A stretch of 62,831 nucleotides of DNA from the NCBI GenBank assembly GCA_945921465.1, contig CAMEKS010000003.1:1-62831 (forward strand), in the 5' to 3' direction. Below, piece after piece: positions 21,656 to 30,827 of this stretch (position 1 is its first letter; each line of letters starts with the position of its first letter). The notes under the pieces were generated by a model. It was given only the letters and a program-made list of their open reading frames with translations. It had not been told where the DNA came from and made no database searches. This stretch comes from an uncultured Clostridia bacterium. Lineage in GTDB: Bacteria; Bacillota; Clostridia; Christensenellales; UBA1242. Position numbers and translations under genes: made by a program.

Positions 21656-21860
21656 TCTATGTGTAATTGGGCTATTGCCCAATTACACATAGATTATATT
21701 ATCGGAAGTTTTGTCTGAATGCACACGAGCAAAGCGAGTGTATATTCAAGCAAAACTGATGTTAATTCAATCAGGATGCCGCTAGTAATAGCGGTAGGTT
21801 GCGATAGCGACCAGAGTTGCGAACAAAGTGAGCAAATCTACATCACATAGATTATATTAT
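21651..21860. repeat. Structured intergenic repeat / MITE-like element
   Basis: Perfect 22-bp inverted repeat (21651-21698), 17-nt direct repeat CACATAGATTATATTAT at 21686 and 21844, internal hairpins; left end is 32/33 identical to 41346-41378. Confidence 0.75.
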
Positions 21861-22043
21861 ATTTGTAAAATTTTAGTGTATTGTAATGGTATTAATTGGA
21901 TATTATATTATCAACTAACAAATTTATAATACCTTATTGTAATAACAAAAATTTTTAGAAGTCATATAATTTTTTGTGAAAATAACTAAGATGATTTATA
22001 ATTTCGAAAAAAATTTTATAAAAAATTAAAATTTTTCAAAAAA

Positions 22044-22070
22044 TTAGCACTCTTTTGTTGACAGTGCTAA
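22044..22070. promoter_or_regulatory. CIRCE element (HrcA operator)
   Basis: TTAGCACTC-N9-CAGTGCTAA, one mismatch to consensus, upstream of an Hsp20 gene. Confidence 0.92.
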
Positions 22071-22086
22071 TTATTAGCAGTATAAT
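22058..22086 (+). promoter_or_regulatory. SigmaA promoter of hsp20
   Basis: TTGACA (22058-63)-17 bp-TATAAT (22081-86); the -35 lies inside CIRCE. Confidence 0.9.
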
Positions 22087-22126
22087 ATTGGCATAAGTTA
22101 ATTAATTTAACTTATAAATTTGAATA

Positions 22127-22597
22127 ATGATAGGGGGAATAATTATGAGAAAAGATATGAATGAATTGGTTACTAGAGATGGGGGTATGTTTGGTCTATT
22201 TGATCCACTATTTGACGACTTTTTTGATTTTTCTAATTTCCAAGCACCAAGAAAGAGAGATTGGGCAGAGGTTATGAAGACCGATGTTAGAGAAGGAGAA
22301 AATGATTATAAGATAGATATAGATATGCCTGGATTCAACAAAGACGAGGTCAATATGACCCTTGACAATGGCTATTTGACTGTATCTGCCAAGAAAGAAT
22401 CTAAAGTAGATGACAAAGATAAGTCTGGCAACTACATCAGGCGAGAGCGTCATTTTGGTAGTTGTTCGCGTAGTTTCTATATTGGCGATGTTAAGCAAGA
22501 GGATATAAGTGCCAAGATGGAGAATGGGCTGCTAGAAATTATTGTTCCTAAACAGTCTAAGAAGATAGATACCAAGAAGACTATTGAGATAAAATAA
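22127..22597 (+). CDS. Hsp20/alpha-crystallin small heat-shock protein (probable start ATG 22145)
   Basis: MKTDVRE, IDMPGFNKDEV, RRERHFGSCSRSF, AKMENGLLEI. Confidence 0.95.
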   Translation: MIGGIIMRKDMNELVTRDGGMFGLFDPLFDDFFDFSNFQAPRKRDWAEVMKTDVREGENDYKIDIDMPGFNKDEVNMTLDNGYLTVSAKKESKVDDKDKSGNYIRRERHFGSCSRSFYIGDVKQEDISAKMENGLLEIIVPKQSKKIDTKKTIEIK

Positions 22598-22708
22598 TTA
22601 TACTTGCCTTTGAATTAAATACCTAACTAGAATTATTAGATAATCAAATATCCTAAATATTAATATACTTATAGGACTATTGTATTTTTGGGTATTATGC
22701 ATATCTTA

Positions 22709-22736
22709 AAAAAACGCCTAACATTAGGCGTTTTTT
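22709..22736. terminator. Intrinsic terminator after hsp20
   Basis: AAAAAACGCCTA-acat-TAGGCGTTTTTT. Confidence 0.8.
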
Positions 22737-22903
22737 GTTTTTGTGGCAGATTATAATTTGTTTATTTACAGTAAAGAAGTATAGTAATATATTATTAATA
22801 AATCTCGCAATAACATTTAATTATTAATTAGGAATTATTGTGTCTATAAAATAGTTTCTTAAATAAGAATAATTTTGGTATCGTATTTACTACAAATTGG
22901 GTA

Positions 22904-22933
22904 TTGATTTTGATACATATAGTGTGATATAAT
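22904..22933 (+). promoter_or_regulatory. SigmaA-type promoter (extended -10) for hairpin ORFs A-B
   Basis: TTGATT-18-TATAAT with TGn immediately before the -10. Confidence 0.6.
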
Positions 22934-22963
22934 ACTCAAAATAAAATTCTAGATGGGGTATGT

Positions 22964-23539
22964 ATGCAACAAAATGATGAAGATCTTTCAAGAATTAATT
23001 ATGAAATAATAGATAAATTGTGTGTATATAATCAACAGACATTAGAAGAAATCCAAAATGGTATTGATGTCTCTGCTAAGTTAAAAACACAAGGTATAGC
23101 TTGTTTAAGTGCAGCAATGGCCACATTAGGAATGGCAGCATTGGTAGAACAAATCAATCCAGTTGTTGGGTTAGGGATATTTGGCTTAAATGTTGGTGTA
23201 GGAATCGCAAAAGCTGTAGAAATGTATATTACTAAGTCAAATGCTGCTAGCACAACTAGTGATTTTGTGTCTAATAATATTAAAGATTTGCTAGCAATGA
23301 ATACTAATCCTATAACTATTGATTTTAACGATGAAAATGGAGAAATAGTGGATGGAAGCGATCCTGAGTTGTTATACAATATGTATATACAATCCAATGA
23401 AATTCAACCTGATGATACAGATGAAAGTAGATTGGCTAAGAGTATGATTTCAAACGAATTAAATGAAAGATTAAGTAGAAATGTATATCAGTTACTTGAA
23501 GAAAATAAGTCTAGGATAGATATGGAAATTGATAGATAA
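22964..23539 (+). CDS. Hypothetical two-TM hydrophobic-hairpin protein A
   Basis: GIACLSAAMATLGMAALV / VVGLGIFGLNVGVGIAKAV, acidic tail ending IDMEIDR. Confidence 0.8.
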   Translation: MQQNDEDLSRINYEIIDKLCVYNQQTLEEIQNGIDVSAKLKTQGIACLSAAMATLGMAALVEQINPVVGLGIFGLNVGVGIAKAVEMYITKSNAASTTSDFVSNNIKDLLAMNTNPITIDFNDENGEIVDGSDPELLYNMYIQSNEIQPDDTDESRLAKSMISNELNERLSRNVYQLLEENKSRIDMEIDR

Positions 23540-23556
23540 ATAATAGGGATATAAAA

Positions 23557-24033
23557 ATGGAAGAAGATAACAAAAAATTGAATACGCAAGATATTGCTGC
23601 AGTTCAAGATATTTTGGCTAATAATTTCGATGATATTAAGAAATGTATTAGAGCGGCAAAAGTTTGTAAACTATTTGCTATTACAGGTGTTTTAGCATTG
23701 GGTGGACTGGCTGTTACTTCTATATTGTCTACTACAGGTGTACCAATTAATGATAATGTATATGAAGTTATTAAATATTCAGGCTTTGTCAGCTTAACAG
23801 GACTGTTTGCGGCAAGTAGTTCTATAAATAATTTAGAGAAAAAAATTAAAAATATACTAGTAAATAAATTGCCAGAAGACGTAGACTCAACAGATTATGG
23901 CGCAAGAAAAGCAAAAATTGAATCTATTATTTCAACATCTATTAATCTGATTGATAATAACAAAACTATAGATGATTACATTTCTTGTAATGACGACATA
24001 GAGAAAACTAATTCTGACGATATGCAGAAATAA
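23557..24033 (+). CDS. Hypothetical two-TM hydrophobic-hairpin protein B
   Basis: LFAITGVLALGGLAVTSIL / SGFVSLTGLFAASSSI, ends SDDMQK. Confidence 0.8.
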   Translation: MEEDNKKLNTQDIAAVQDILANNFDDIKKCIRAAKVCKLFAITGVLALGGLAVTSILSTTGVPINDNVYEVIKYSGFVSLTGLFAASSSINNLEKKIKNILVNKLPEDVDSTDYGARKAKIESIISTSINLIDNNKTIDDYISCNDDIEKTNSDDMQK

Positions 24034-24055
24034 TGTTAATTTTCAAAATAGCATA

Positions 24056-24085
24056 TTGACTATTGCATTTTTATCTTGATATAAT
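24056..24085 (+). promoter_or_regulatory. SigmaA-type promoter (extended -10) for hairpin ORFs C-D
   Basis: TTGACT-18-TATAAT with TGn. Confidence 0.65.
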
Positions 24086-24102
24086 AATATAACGAAATTA
24101 TT

Positions 24103-24519
24103 TTGATAAGAAGGAGAGGGAAGATGATTTTTACAATTGAGAAAGGAAAAAATAACAAAATAAAAAGTTTAGAAGCAAATGACAAATTTATAGAAAAACA
24201 AGAAGATATGTTTGTAGAGGCTTGTCAAGACAACAAAAAGACTATTAAGCATTACCGAAACAGCAAACTTGCTCAATCTATTGGTGCAATTACTACTTTA
24301 ACTGGTGCATTGATGTTTAATGGCTCCCAAGAGGAGATCGCCGTTGGCGTAGGAGTACTTGTCTTGGGCGCAGCCACAATGGCAGTAGGCACTATTAATA
24401 AATTGGTGGATAGATATATTTTGCTTAATGATGCCAAAGTAGATACTATTTGCAAAAACTATGATAAAGTCGGGGTAGAGTGTTCTCATGACGAAATCGT
24501 AGATGATATGATAAAATAA
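24103..24519 (+). CDS. Hypothetical two-TM hydrophobic-hairpin protein C (probable start ATG 24124)
   Basis: AAGGAGAGG RBS; IGAITTLTGALMF / IAVGVGVLVLGAATMAVGTI; ends VDDMIK. Confidence 0.8.
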   Translation: MIRRRGKMIFTIEKGKNNKIKSLEANDKFIEKQEDMFVEACQDNKKTIKHYRNSKLAQSIGAITTLTGALMFNGSQEEIAVGVGVLVLGAATMAVGTINKLVDRYILLNDAKVDTICKNYDKVGVECSHDEIVDDMIK

Positions 24520-24536
24520 AAGATATAAGGTGAAAA

Positions 24537-25001
24537 ATGAAAGTAGTGTATGATGAATTTAATAATTTAGTTTTCACTGAATATAACAAGTCAGATTTTG
24601 ATAAACACAATCAAGACAATTATTGTAATATTGTCGCAACCGAACGAGACAATCTAAAGAGGTTATATCAATCACATAAAGAAATATTTCAAGGAGTGCC
24701 TATGGCACTAACTCTAGGAATTGCAGCACTATCATTTACTCCAGAGATTATTCCATATGTGTCAACAAATGTACTGTCAGGTATACAAGTTATTAGCGCA
24801 ATTAGTTCAGTCACCTCTGCAGCAGTAAGTGTGTACGAGTCAATAGTTGCAAACAAAATTAGCAAAAAGATAATTAGCAGACAATCTGACAATTTGGAAG
24901 AATATGCCTCTGTGCACGCATTGCCAAATAAGAAAGCGGCCTTAGAGGATATAACTGCCAAGACAGATAAGATTTTTGAAAAAATTGATAAAGAAAGATA
25001 A
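24537..25001 (+). CDS. Hypothetical two-TM hydrophobic-hairpin protein D
   Basis: AAGGTG RBS; VPMALTLGIAALSF / VISAISSVTSAAVSVY; ends KIDKER. Confidence 0.8.
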   Translation: MKVVYDEFNNLVFTEYNKSDFDKHNQDNYCNIVATERDNLKRLYQSHKEIFQGVPMALTLGIAALSFTPEIIPYVSTNVLSGIQVISAISSVTSAAVSVYESIVANKISKKIISRQSDNLEEYASVHALPNKKAALEDITAKTDKIFEKIDKER

Positions 25002-25117
25002 TACAAATTATAACTATCTAATAATAGTTGATTTGTCAGTAAATAACATATTATGCTTAATATAAGGAATTAATATGTTATTTTTTTTGTAATCTATTAT
25101 CAATTTGCTGTAAATAT

Positions 25118-25146
25118 TAGACAATATTTTTTAATTAAGATATAAT
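25118..25146 (+). promoter_or_regulatory. SigmaA-type promoter for hairpin ORF E
   Basis: TAGACA-17-TATAAT. Confidence 0.65.
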
Positions 25147-25169
25147 TATAAAAAATATTGGGGTGAGTT

Positions 25170-25610
25170 ATGATGGACAATAAAGAGAGAAAGTTAAGAC
25201 AACAGTGGGCTAATGATGGCGTAGTGGCAAGTGGCGTCGTAACAGCCGCATCGACGATTGTTTCTTCGGTGCTGGGTTATATGTGTATGACTGGTATGAG
25301 TGAGAGAGTTAGCTTTGAAAGTCTTCCATATATTTTTGCGAGTTCTGCACTTATTACTGGTTCATTATGTTACAATACCGCTAATAATTATCTAATTAGG
25401 CATTATGATAAAAGTATAGCCGAAGTAGGCAAGGAGATAGTAGGAAAAATAACAGGTAAAGAATCAGAACAAGATACTAATGTGCAAGATATAAATAACG
25501 AGTCGGTTCTTTCTAAGCCTTTGCCTAGAGAAGATAAAACTACAGATAATATAGCAAGAATTAAAAATAATAGAGAAAAAATAATGAAAGATATGGAAAG
25601 TGAAAGATAG
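25170..25610 (+). CDS. Hypothetical two-TM hydrophobic-hairpin protein E
   Basis: VVASGVVTAASTIVSSVLGYMCMTG / IFASSALITGSLCY; ends KDMESER. Confidence 0.8.
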   Translation: MMDNKERKLRQQWANDGVVASGVVTAASTIVSSVLGYMCMTGMSERVSFESLPYIFASSALITGSLCYNTANNYLIRHYDKSIAEVGKEIVGKITGKESEQDTNVQDINNESVLSKPLPREDKTTDNIARIKNNREKIMKDMESER

Positions 25611-25877
25611 AATAATTCATTGTAAAGAAAACCACAGTGAAGTTGAGCAAACCATAAAGGGAATGTTTTAACTTATTCTGTGGTTTATTTTATAATAACT
25701 AAAAAGGGCTTGTTGATTTTGATTGGTATTGTTGATTAGAATTAGCTATAATTATATTTTTTAATTCTTAGTAAATTATTATCTATAAATATTAGTTGAT
25801 AAGTTTAATGCAGATAAATGCTATGCAAAAGTGATTTATTTGTTTATAATTAGCCATTTTTTTATAATTATAACTGT

Positions 25878-26342
25878 TTAGTTCAATACAGCAATAACCA
25901 AATTCAAGATACTAGCGAAAGCAATCCATATCAGATATGGGATTTGAAGTAGTGCTGCAGTTTTATTTATTTTCCAGAATACCGTAATCATTCGTATTAC
26001 AAGATAGATTAGTACTAACAGCCACACAAATGCAAGCCAAAACAATTGGTAATTGAAGAATAGTATAGGCCAAACAAAATTAAAAATTAATTGTAGAAAA
26101 AAGATAACAATGTGCTCATTGTTTGTTTTTTGATTATGTAATACAAGATATAATGAGATTCCCATTAGAAAATACAAAATTGGCCATACTATCCCAAATA
26201 CAATGCTGGGAGGTGAAAAAGATGGCTTGTTAATACTAGAATAAATGCCCAAGTTATCTTTTACTATTAATGTAGATATCCCACCAACTATTAGGGGAAT
26301 TAATACACTAGTTACGAATAATTTGAAATTAAATTTTTTCAT
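25878..26342 (-). CDS. tspO: TspO/MBR family tryptophan-rich sensory protein
   Basis: KPSFSPPSIVFGIVWPILY, QLIFNFVWPILFF, LLQIPYLIWIAFAS. Confidence 0.93.
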   Translation of the reverse strand: MKKFNFKLFVTSVLIPLIVGGISTLIVKDNLGIYSSINKPSFSPPSIVFGIVWPILYFLMGISLYLVLHNQKTNNEHIVIFFLQLIFNFVWPILFFNYQLFWLAFVWLLVLIYLVIRMITVFWKINKTAALLQIPYLIWIAFASILNLVIAVLN

Positions 26343-26536
26343 AATATACCTCTATGAGTTGCGAAATGAAACAACCTATTAATAGAGTGTATTATACACT
26401 TAAGAGATTTATTACAATTTTATTTCTATATTAAATATGTATTCCACATCTATAATTCTAATAAACAAGCCGAATTTAGGCAGTTTATCTTGTTTTGCAT
26501 AGTAGTGCAAATATTGATAGATGTGGAGTAAAATAA

Positions 26537-26692
26537 TTATCTTATGTTAAAAAGTAAATTGCCGCACATATCAAATGGACTGCAGCAATGCTGGCAAGAA
26601 AATGCACCATTGCAATTGTTACAACCGCAACCGCAATTATTACTATTATTATTACAACCGCAACTATTTCTATTATTGTTACAACAAGCCAT
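26537..26692 (-). CDS. Small Cys/Asn-rich peptide (51 aa; absent from the ORF track)
   Basis: AAGGAGG 7 nt before ATG; MACCNNNRNSCGCNNNSNNCGCGCNNCNGAFSCQHCCSPFDMCGNLLFNIR*. Confidence 0.8.
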   Translation of the reverse strand: MACCNNNRNSCGCNNNSNNCGCGCNNCNGAFSCQHCCSPFDMCGNLLFNIR

Positions 26693-26893
26693 TTTCGCCC
26701 TCCTTAAATCTATTAATAGCGTTGTGTGTAGCTATCAATACATAATATTGTTGCAAGCACTATTTTGTTAACTAGCATATATCTTTATTGTGCAAAATTG
26801 CTACAGAATATAAATTGTTGCAAAACTTTTGTCTATTTTATAGACAATATCAGCGATATTTGGTATTATATGTGAATAAAGAGAGGTGGGCAA

Positions 26894-27592
26894 ATGGATA
26901 TTTTTGCTAAATTAGGGATAATTGATTGGAATATTGAAGTTTGGCATTTTATTGTCAGATTACTTTTGGCTGCGTTGGCTGGTTATTTGATTGGCTTAGA
27001 ACGTATGTATCGTGCCAAAGAAGCTGGTGTCAGAACTCAAACTATTCTTTGTGTCACTTCGTGTTTATTAATGATTATTTCAAAATACGCATTTTATGAA
27101 TTACTGCCAGAGGGAATAAGTTATGATTCTTCACGTGTAGCAAGTACGGTTATTTCTGGTCTTAGTTTCTTGGGTGCTGGTATGTTATTTTTTAAGAGAG
27201 AGAGCTTGCGTGGATTGACCACAGCAGCAGGTATATGTTTGACTGCATCCATAGGTATGGCATTTGGAGCAGGTATGATAGTAACTGGTGCTGTTGCAAC
27301 TGTGTTAACTCTACTTATACAACTATTTATGCATGCACCACTTAAGGCTTTTACTTCTAAGCATATGGTTGAGATAAGAGTTCAATTTGAGATAACCGAT
27401 GGTTATATCGAGACATTTAAGAGTAGTTATCACGTGGATCATTTTACGAAATTTAAGACAACTAGAGAGGGGGATAAGATGATTGCTGATGTATTATTTT
27501 ATACTGCCAATCGTGTTAGGAGTGAAGAATTATTTGATAAAATGTCAAAAGACAGCAATATAACATATTTCGAAAAGGTTGAAGAGAATTAA
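26894..27592 (+). CDS. MgtC/SapB family membrane protein
   Basis: IGLER...KEAGVRT, SRVASTVISGLSFLGAG, GLTTAAGI...IGMAFGAG. Confidence 0.92.
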   Translation: MDIFAKLGIIDWNIEVWHFIVRLLLAALAGYLIGLERMYRAKEAGVRTQTILCVTSCLLMIISKYAFYELLPEGISYDSSRVASTVISGLSFLGAGMLFFKRESLRGLTTAAGICLTASIGMAFGAGMIVTGAVATVLTLLIQLFMHAPLKAFTSKHMVEIRVQFEITDGYIETFKSSYHVDHFTKFKTTREGDKMIADVLFYTANRVRSEELFDKMSKDSNITYFEKVEEN

Positions 27593-27600
27593 GGAAAATT

Positions 27601-29319
27601 TTGATGGACATAAAGAAATATTTAAGAAAAAAAATTGAATATGTGCTGCAGACGTTAGGTTATGATATTAAATATGCTGCAGTTGCATTTTGCAACAATG
27701 ATTTAGCAGATTTGCAATGCAATGGCGCTTTTGCACTGGCTAAAATTACACACAAGAGCCCAATTGTGCTAGCAGAAGAAATTGTATCAAATTTGCATTT
27801 AGATGGACAATTTGAAATAAGCATTGTTAATGGTTTTATTAACTTTAAGATAACAGACCAATTCTTATCCAAGATTGCTAATGATTGCGCAAAAAGTGAT
27901 AGACTTAACATTGCTAAGGTAGATAAGCCTATGAATCTGTTTATAGACTACGGTGGCGCTAATGTAGCAAAGCCTCTGCATGTAGGTCATATGCGATCGG
28001 CAATTGTTGGTGAAGCGATTAAAAAGTTAAATATCTTTTTAGGTAATAATGTTACATCTGATGTGCATTTGGGGGACTGGGGCTTGCAAATGGGCTTAGT
28101 TATTGCTCAATTAATGGATGATTATGATATGGGGTACTATTTTGGCAAACCTGTTCCTAAAGTTGAGATAACAATGTCTATGTTAGATGTAGCTTATCCT
28201 AAAGCATCTCTAAGGAAAAAAGAAGAGCCGGAATTTTATGAACGTGCATCCGAAATTACGCTAAAACTACAACAAAAGGTTGCAGGTTACTATGATATTT
28301 GGCAAGAAATGAATAAGGTGTGTATAGCAATGGTCAAGGCTAGTTATTTAGCTCTTGGTGTTACTTTTGACCTATGGAATGGTGAGAGTAGTGTAAATGA
28401 TTTAGTGCCATATGTTCTTGATTATTTAGAGAAAAAACATATGGTTAAAGTTAGTGAAGGTGCTCGAATTATAGAGGTCGCCGAAGAGGGCGAGACTCAA
28501 CCAATGCCACCACTATTGTTGTTAAAAAGCAATGGTGCTCAGATGTATCCAATTACGGAGATTGCTACTATAGTAGATAGGGCAAAGGTATATCATCCAG
28601 ATGAGATATTATATATTACAGATAATCGACAAACCCTGCATTTTCAACAAGTTTTTCGTGTGGTAACGAAATCGGGTATTGTGGATGATAGCATTAAGTT
28701 AAAGCATATTACTTTTGGAACAGTTAATGGCAAAGATGGAAAGCCATTCAAGACTCGAGATGGCGGCACATTTAAGTTAGATGATTTAATTGCAATGGTG
28801 ACTGATAAGGCTTTGGAAAAATTGAGAGAAAATAAAGTAGATGTGCCTAACTTAACAGAACTAAGCAAAATGATTGGCATAAGTGCATTGATTTTTGGGG
28901 ATCTATCTAATGTAATCAGCAGAGACTATGTTTTTGACTTAGACAAATTTATGACATTTGAGGGGAAAACAGGTCCTTATCTGCAATACACAGCAGTGCG
29001 AATCAAATCAATACTTAACAAAAGTGATTATGTGCCTATGGATATCACTATCAATTCCGACACTCGTGACATAGTGATACAAATTCTAAAACTAATAGAT
29101 TCGTTTGATCAGGCATACAAAGAAAACTCGCTTCATAGCATCTGCCTAGCGTTATACGAACTATGTAGTACATTCTCTAATTTCTATAATAATGTTAAAA
29201 TATTATCTACCGAAGATTATATCACTCGTCAGAATTATCTTAATTTGCTTAAATTAGTGTACAAGGCAATTGATCTAGGTTGTGGAATTATTGGAATTAA
29301 AATTCCAGAAAAAATGTAA
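27601..29319 (+). CDS. argS: Arginine--tRNA ligase
   Basis: DYGGANVAKPLHVGH (HIGH), HLGDWGLQMG, KPFKTR, EGKTGPYLQY. Confidence 0.97.
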   Translation: MMDIKKYLRKKIEYVLQTLGYDIKYAAVAFCNNDLADLQCNGAFALAKITHKSPIVLAEEIVSNLHLDGQFEISIVNGFINFKITDQFLSKIANDCAKSDRLNIAKVDKPMNLFIDYGGANVAKPLHVGHMRSAIVGEAIKKLNIFLGNNVTSDVHLGDWGLQMGLVIAQLMDDYDMGYYFGKPVPKVEITMSMLDVAYPKASLRKKEEPEFYERASEITLKLQQKVAGYYDIWQEMNKVCIAMVKASYLALGVTFDLWNGESSVNDLVPYVLDYLEKKHMVKVSEGARIIEVAEEGETQPMPPLLLLKSNGAQMYPITEIATIVDRAKVYHPDEILYITDNRQTLHFQQVFRVVTKSGIVDDSIKLKHITFGTVNGKDGKPFKTRDGGTFKLDDLIAMVTDKALEKLRENKVDVPNLTELSKMIGISALIFGDLSNVISRDYVFDLDKFMTFEGKTGPYLQYTAVRIKSILNKSDYVPMDITINSDTRDIVIQILKLIDSFDQAYKENSLHSICLALYELCSTFSNFYNNVKILSTEDYITRQNYLNLLKLVYKAIDLGCGIIGIKIPEKM

Positions 29320-29632
29320 TTATGTAATTAAATAATAATTATTTTGTAAGTAATTATTATTACAATTTGGGACAAAAAATATAATATATGATATTTACAA
29401 AAAAAAGTAGTTTTTTCTAAAAACAAAAGAAAATACTACTTTTTTTCTTAAGAATAAGTTATAAACTATTATTTGACTTACATTTGTAATAGTTTTGCAA
29501 TAATAAATTTAATAACTTATTAACTATGCCATTTAATAGAATTAGACATTTTTTATTAATTTTTTTGTAATTATTCCGAACAAACATAATATTTTTGCAC
29601 AAGAACTATTAAGATTAATCTGTCCTAGATTA

Positions 29633-30160
29633 TTAACGCTGTTGATTATTTTCTGCCATATCTATGTCTGCTTTAGTATTCGTATTGCGTGTTTCTTCCG
29701 TTACATCTCTGCCCAAATTATCAGTGTCGGCTTCGATGCCTTTATTATATGAATTAGAATCAATAGGATTTTGACTTAGGGTAGTGTCTGTATTATGATT
29801 AGATGTGGCGATGTTATCTCTTTCGCCAATATCTTGACCAGCCTCAGTTGTGGGGCGTGGAGATGTATAATACATATCTACGCCTTGACGCTCATATTCC
29901 TTTTTAGCGGGTGTTTTTTTCTTGAAATTAAACTTAATTTTGCCCTTATTTTCTATCAAATTGTATAACAACACCAATGCACCTAATCCCACGGCTATAT
30001 ACACAATCCTAGAAAACATACTACTTTGGCTACCAAATAATCCAGCCACAAAATCATATTGCAATAGCCCAATACAGAACCAGTTAATTGCTCCCACCAT
30101 TACAACAATAAATGATATTAATGCTAACATTGTATCCTCCGATATTTCTCTTTGATACAA
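29633..30160 (-). CDS. DUF378-domain membrane protein with long acidic tail (probable start 30130)
   Basis: VMVGAINWFCIGLLQYDFVAGLFG...RIVYIAVGL; GGAGG before ATG 30130. Confidence 0.85.
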   Translation of the reverse strand: MYQREISEDTMLALISFIVVMVGAINWFCIGLLQYDFVAGLFGSQSSMFSRIVYIAVGLGALVLLYNLIENKGKIKFNFKKKTPAKKEYERQGVDMYYTSPRPTTEAGQDIGERDNIATSNHNTDTTLSQNPIDSNSYNKGIEADTDNLGRDVTEETRNTNTKADIDMAENNQQR

Positions 30161-30317
30161 TTAAGTTGTGTAAAAACAGATATAATATTCATATAAAAAT
30201 AATTTTGGTAAGCAACTTAATGTTTGCATAAATGTCAATTATTTATTGTGGTCTAATTTTTAATTATAACATAGTCATTAATGTTTACTAACAGTAGAAG
30301 TATGTTGTATTGTTTGA

Positions 30318-30638
30318 TTAATTAGTCTCATTGACTAGTTCTAATACATCGAAATATATCTTTTCTACAAAATCTTCTTTGGTATAAATTGTATGATTAA
30401 AAAGCATAAAGTTGCGTATATGTTTTACTAATGTTATGGGGTTAGGGATGTCAAGATTGTAACAAATATCAGCAACATAATGTTCGAATTCGGATATTTC
30501 ATAATTGGCGTCAGTCTCAAATATATATGTGGCCAATATTTTGTCCTTTTTCTTGGTTCGTGCACAAATTTTCAACATTATTTTTTTCCTTTTAATTAAT
30601 AATCGCATCAATTGTAATATTTTTTCATTTATTTTCAA
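30318..30638 (-). CDS. Small conserved clostridial hypothetical protein (probable start 30578)
   Basis: MLKICARTKKKDKI...ICYNLDIPNPI...EDFVEKIYFD pattern recalled from Clostridia. Confidence 0.7.
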   Translation of the reverse strand: MKINEKILQLMRLLIKRKKIMLKICARTKKKDKILATYIFETDANYEISEFEHYVADICYNLDIPNPITLVKHIRNFMLFNHTIYTKEDFVEKIYFDVLELVNETN

Positions 30639-30827
30639 AACTATTTTGCTTATTATCCCAATTATTTTTCTTAAGTGGGTATTGTAATAACTAATATACT
30701 ATGATAAAATATAATTAGAATAATGCTGTAAATATATGATAGTAACTAATGAAATAGAGTAATGTTATTATAAATTTTTATATGGCATAGTACAATCAGT
30801 ATAAAAATTTATTATTCAAAACGATAA

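Noticed and set aside
21651-21860. CRISPR array interpretation of the repeats
   Set aside because: Only two 17-nt copies 158 bp apart, no regular spacers, no cas genes
26544-26771. 75-aa Gln/Leu-rich ORF on the + strand
   Set aside because: Shadow of the Cys-rich peptide on the minus strand, which has the strong RBS; no RBS for this ORF
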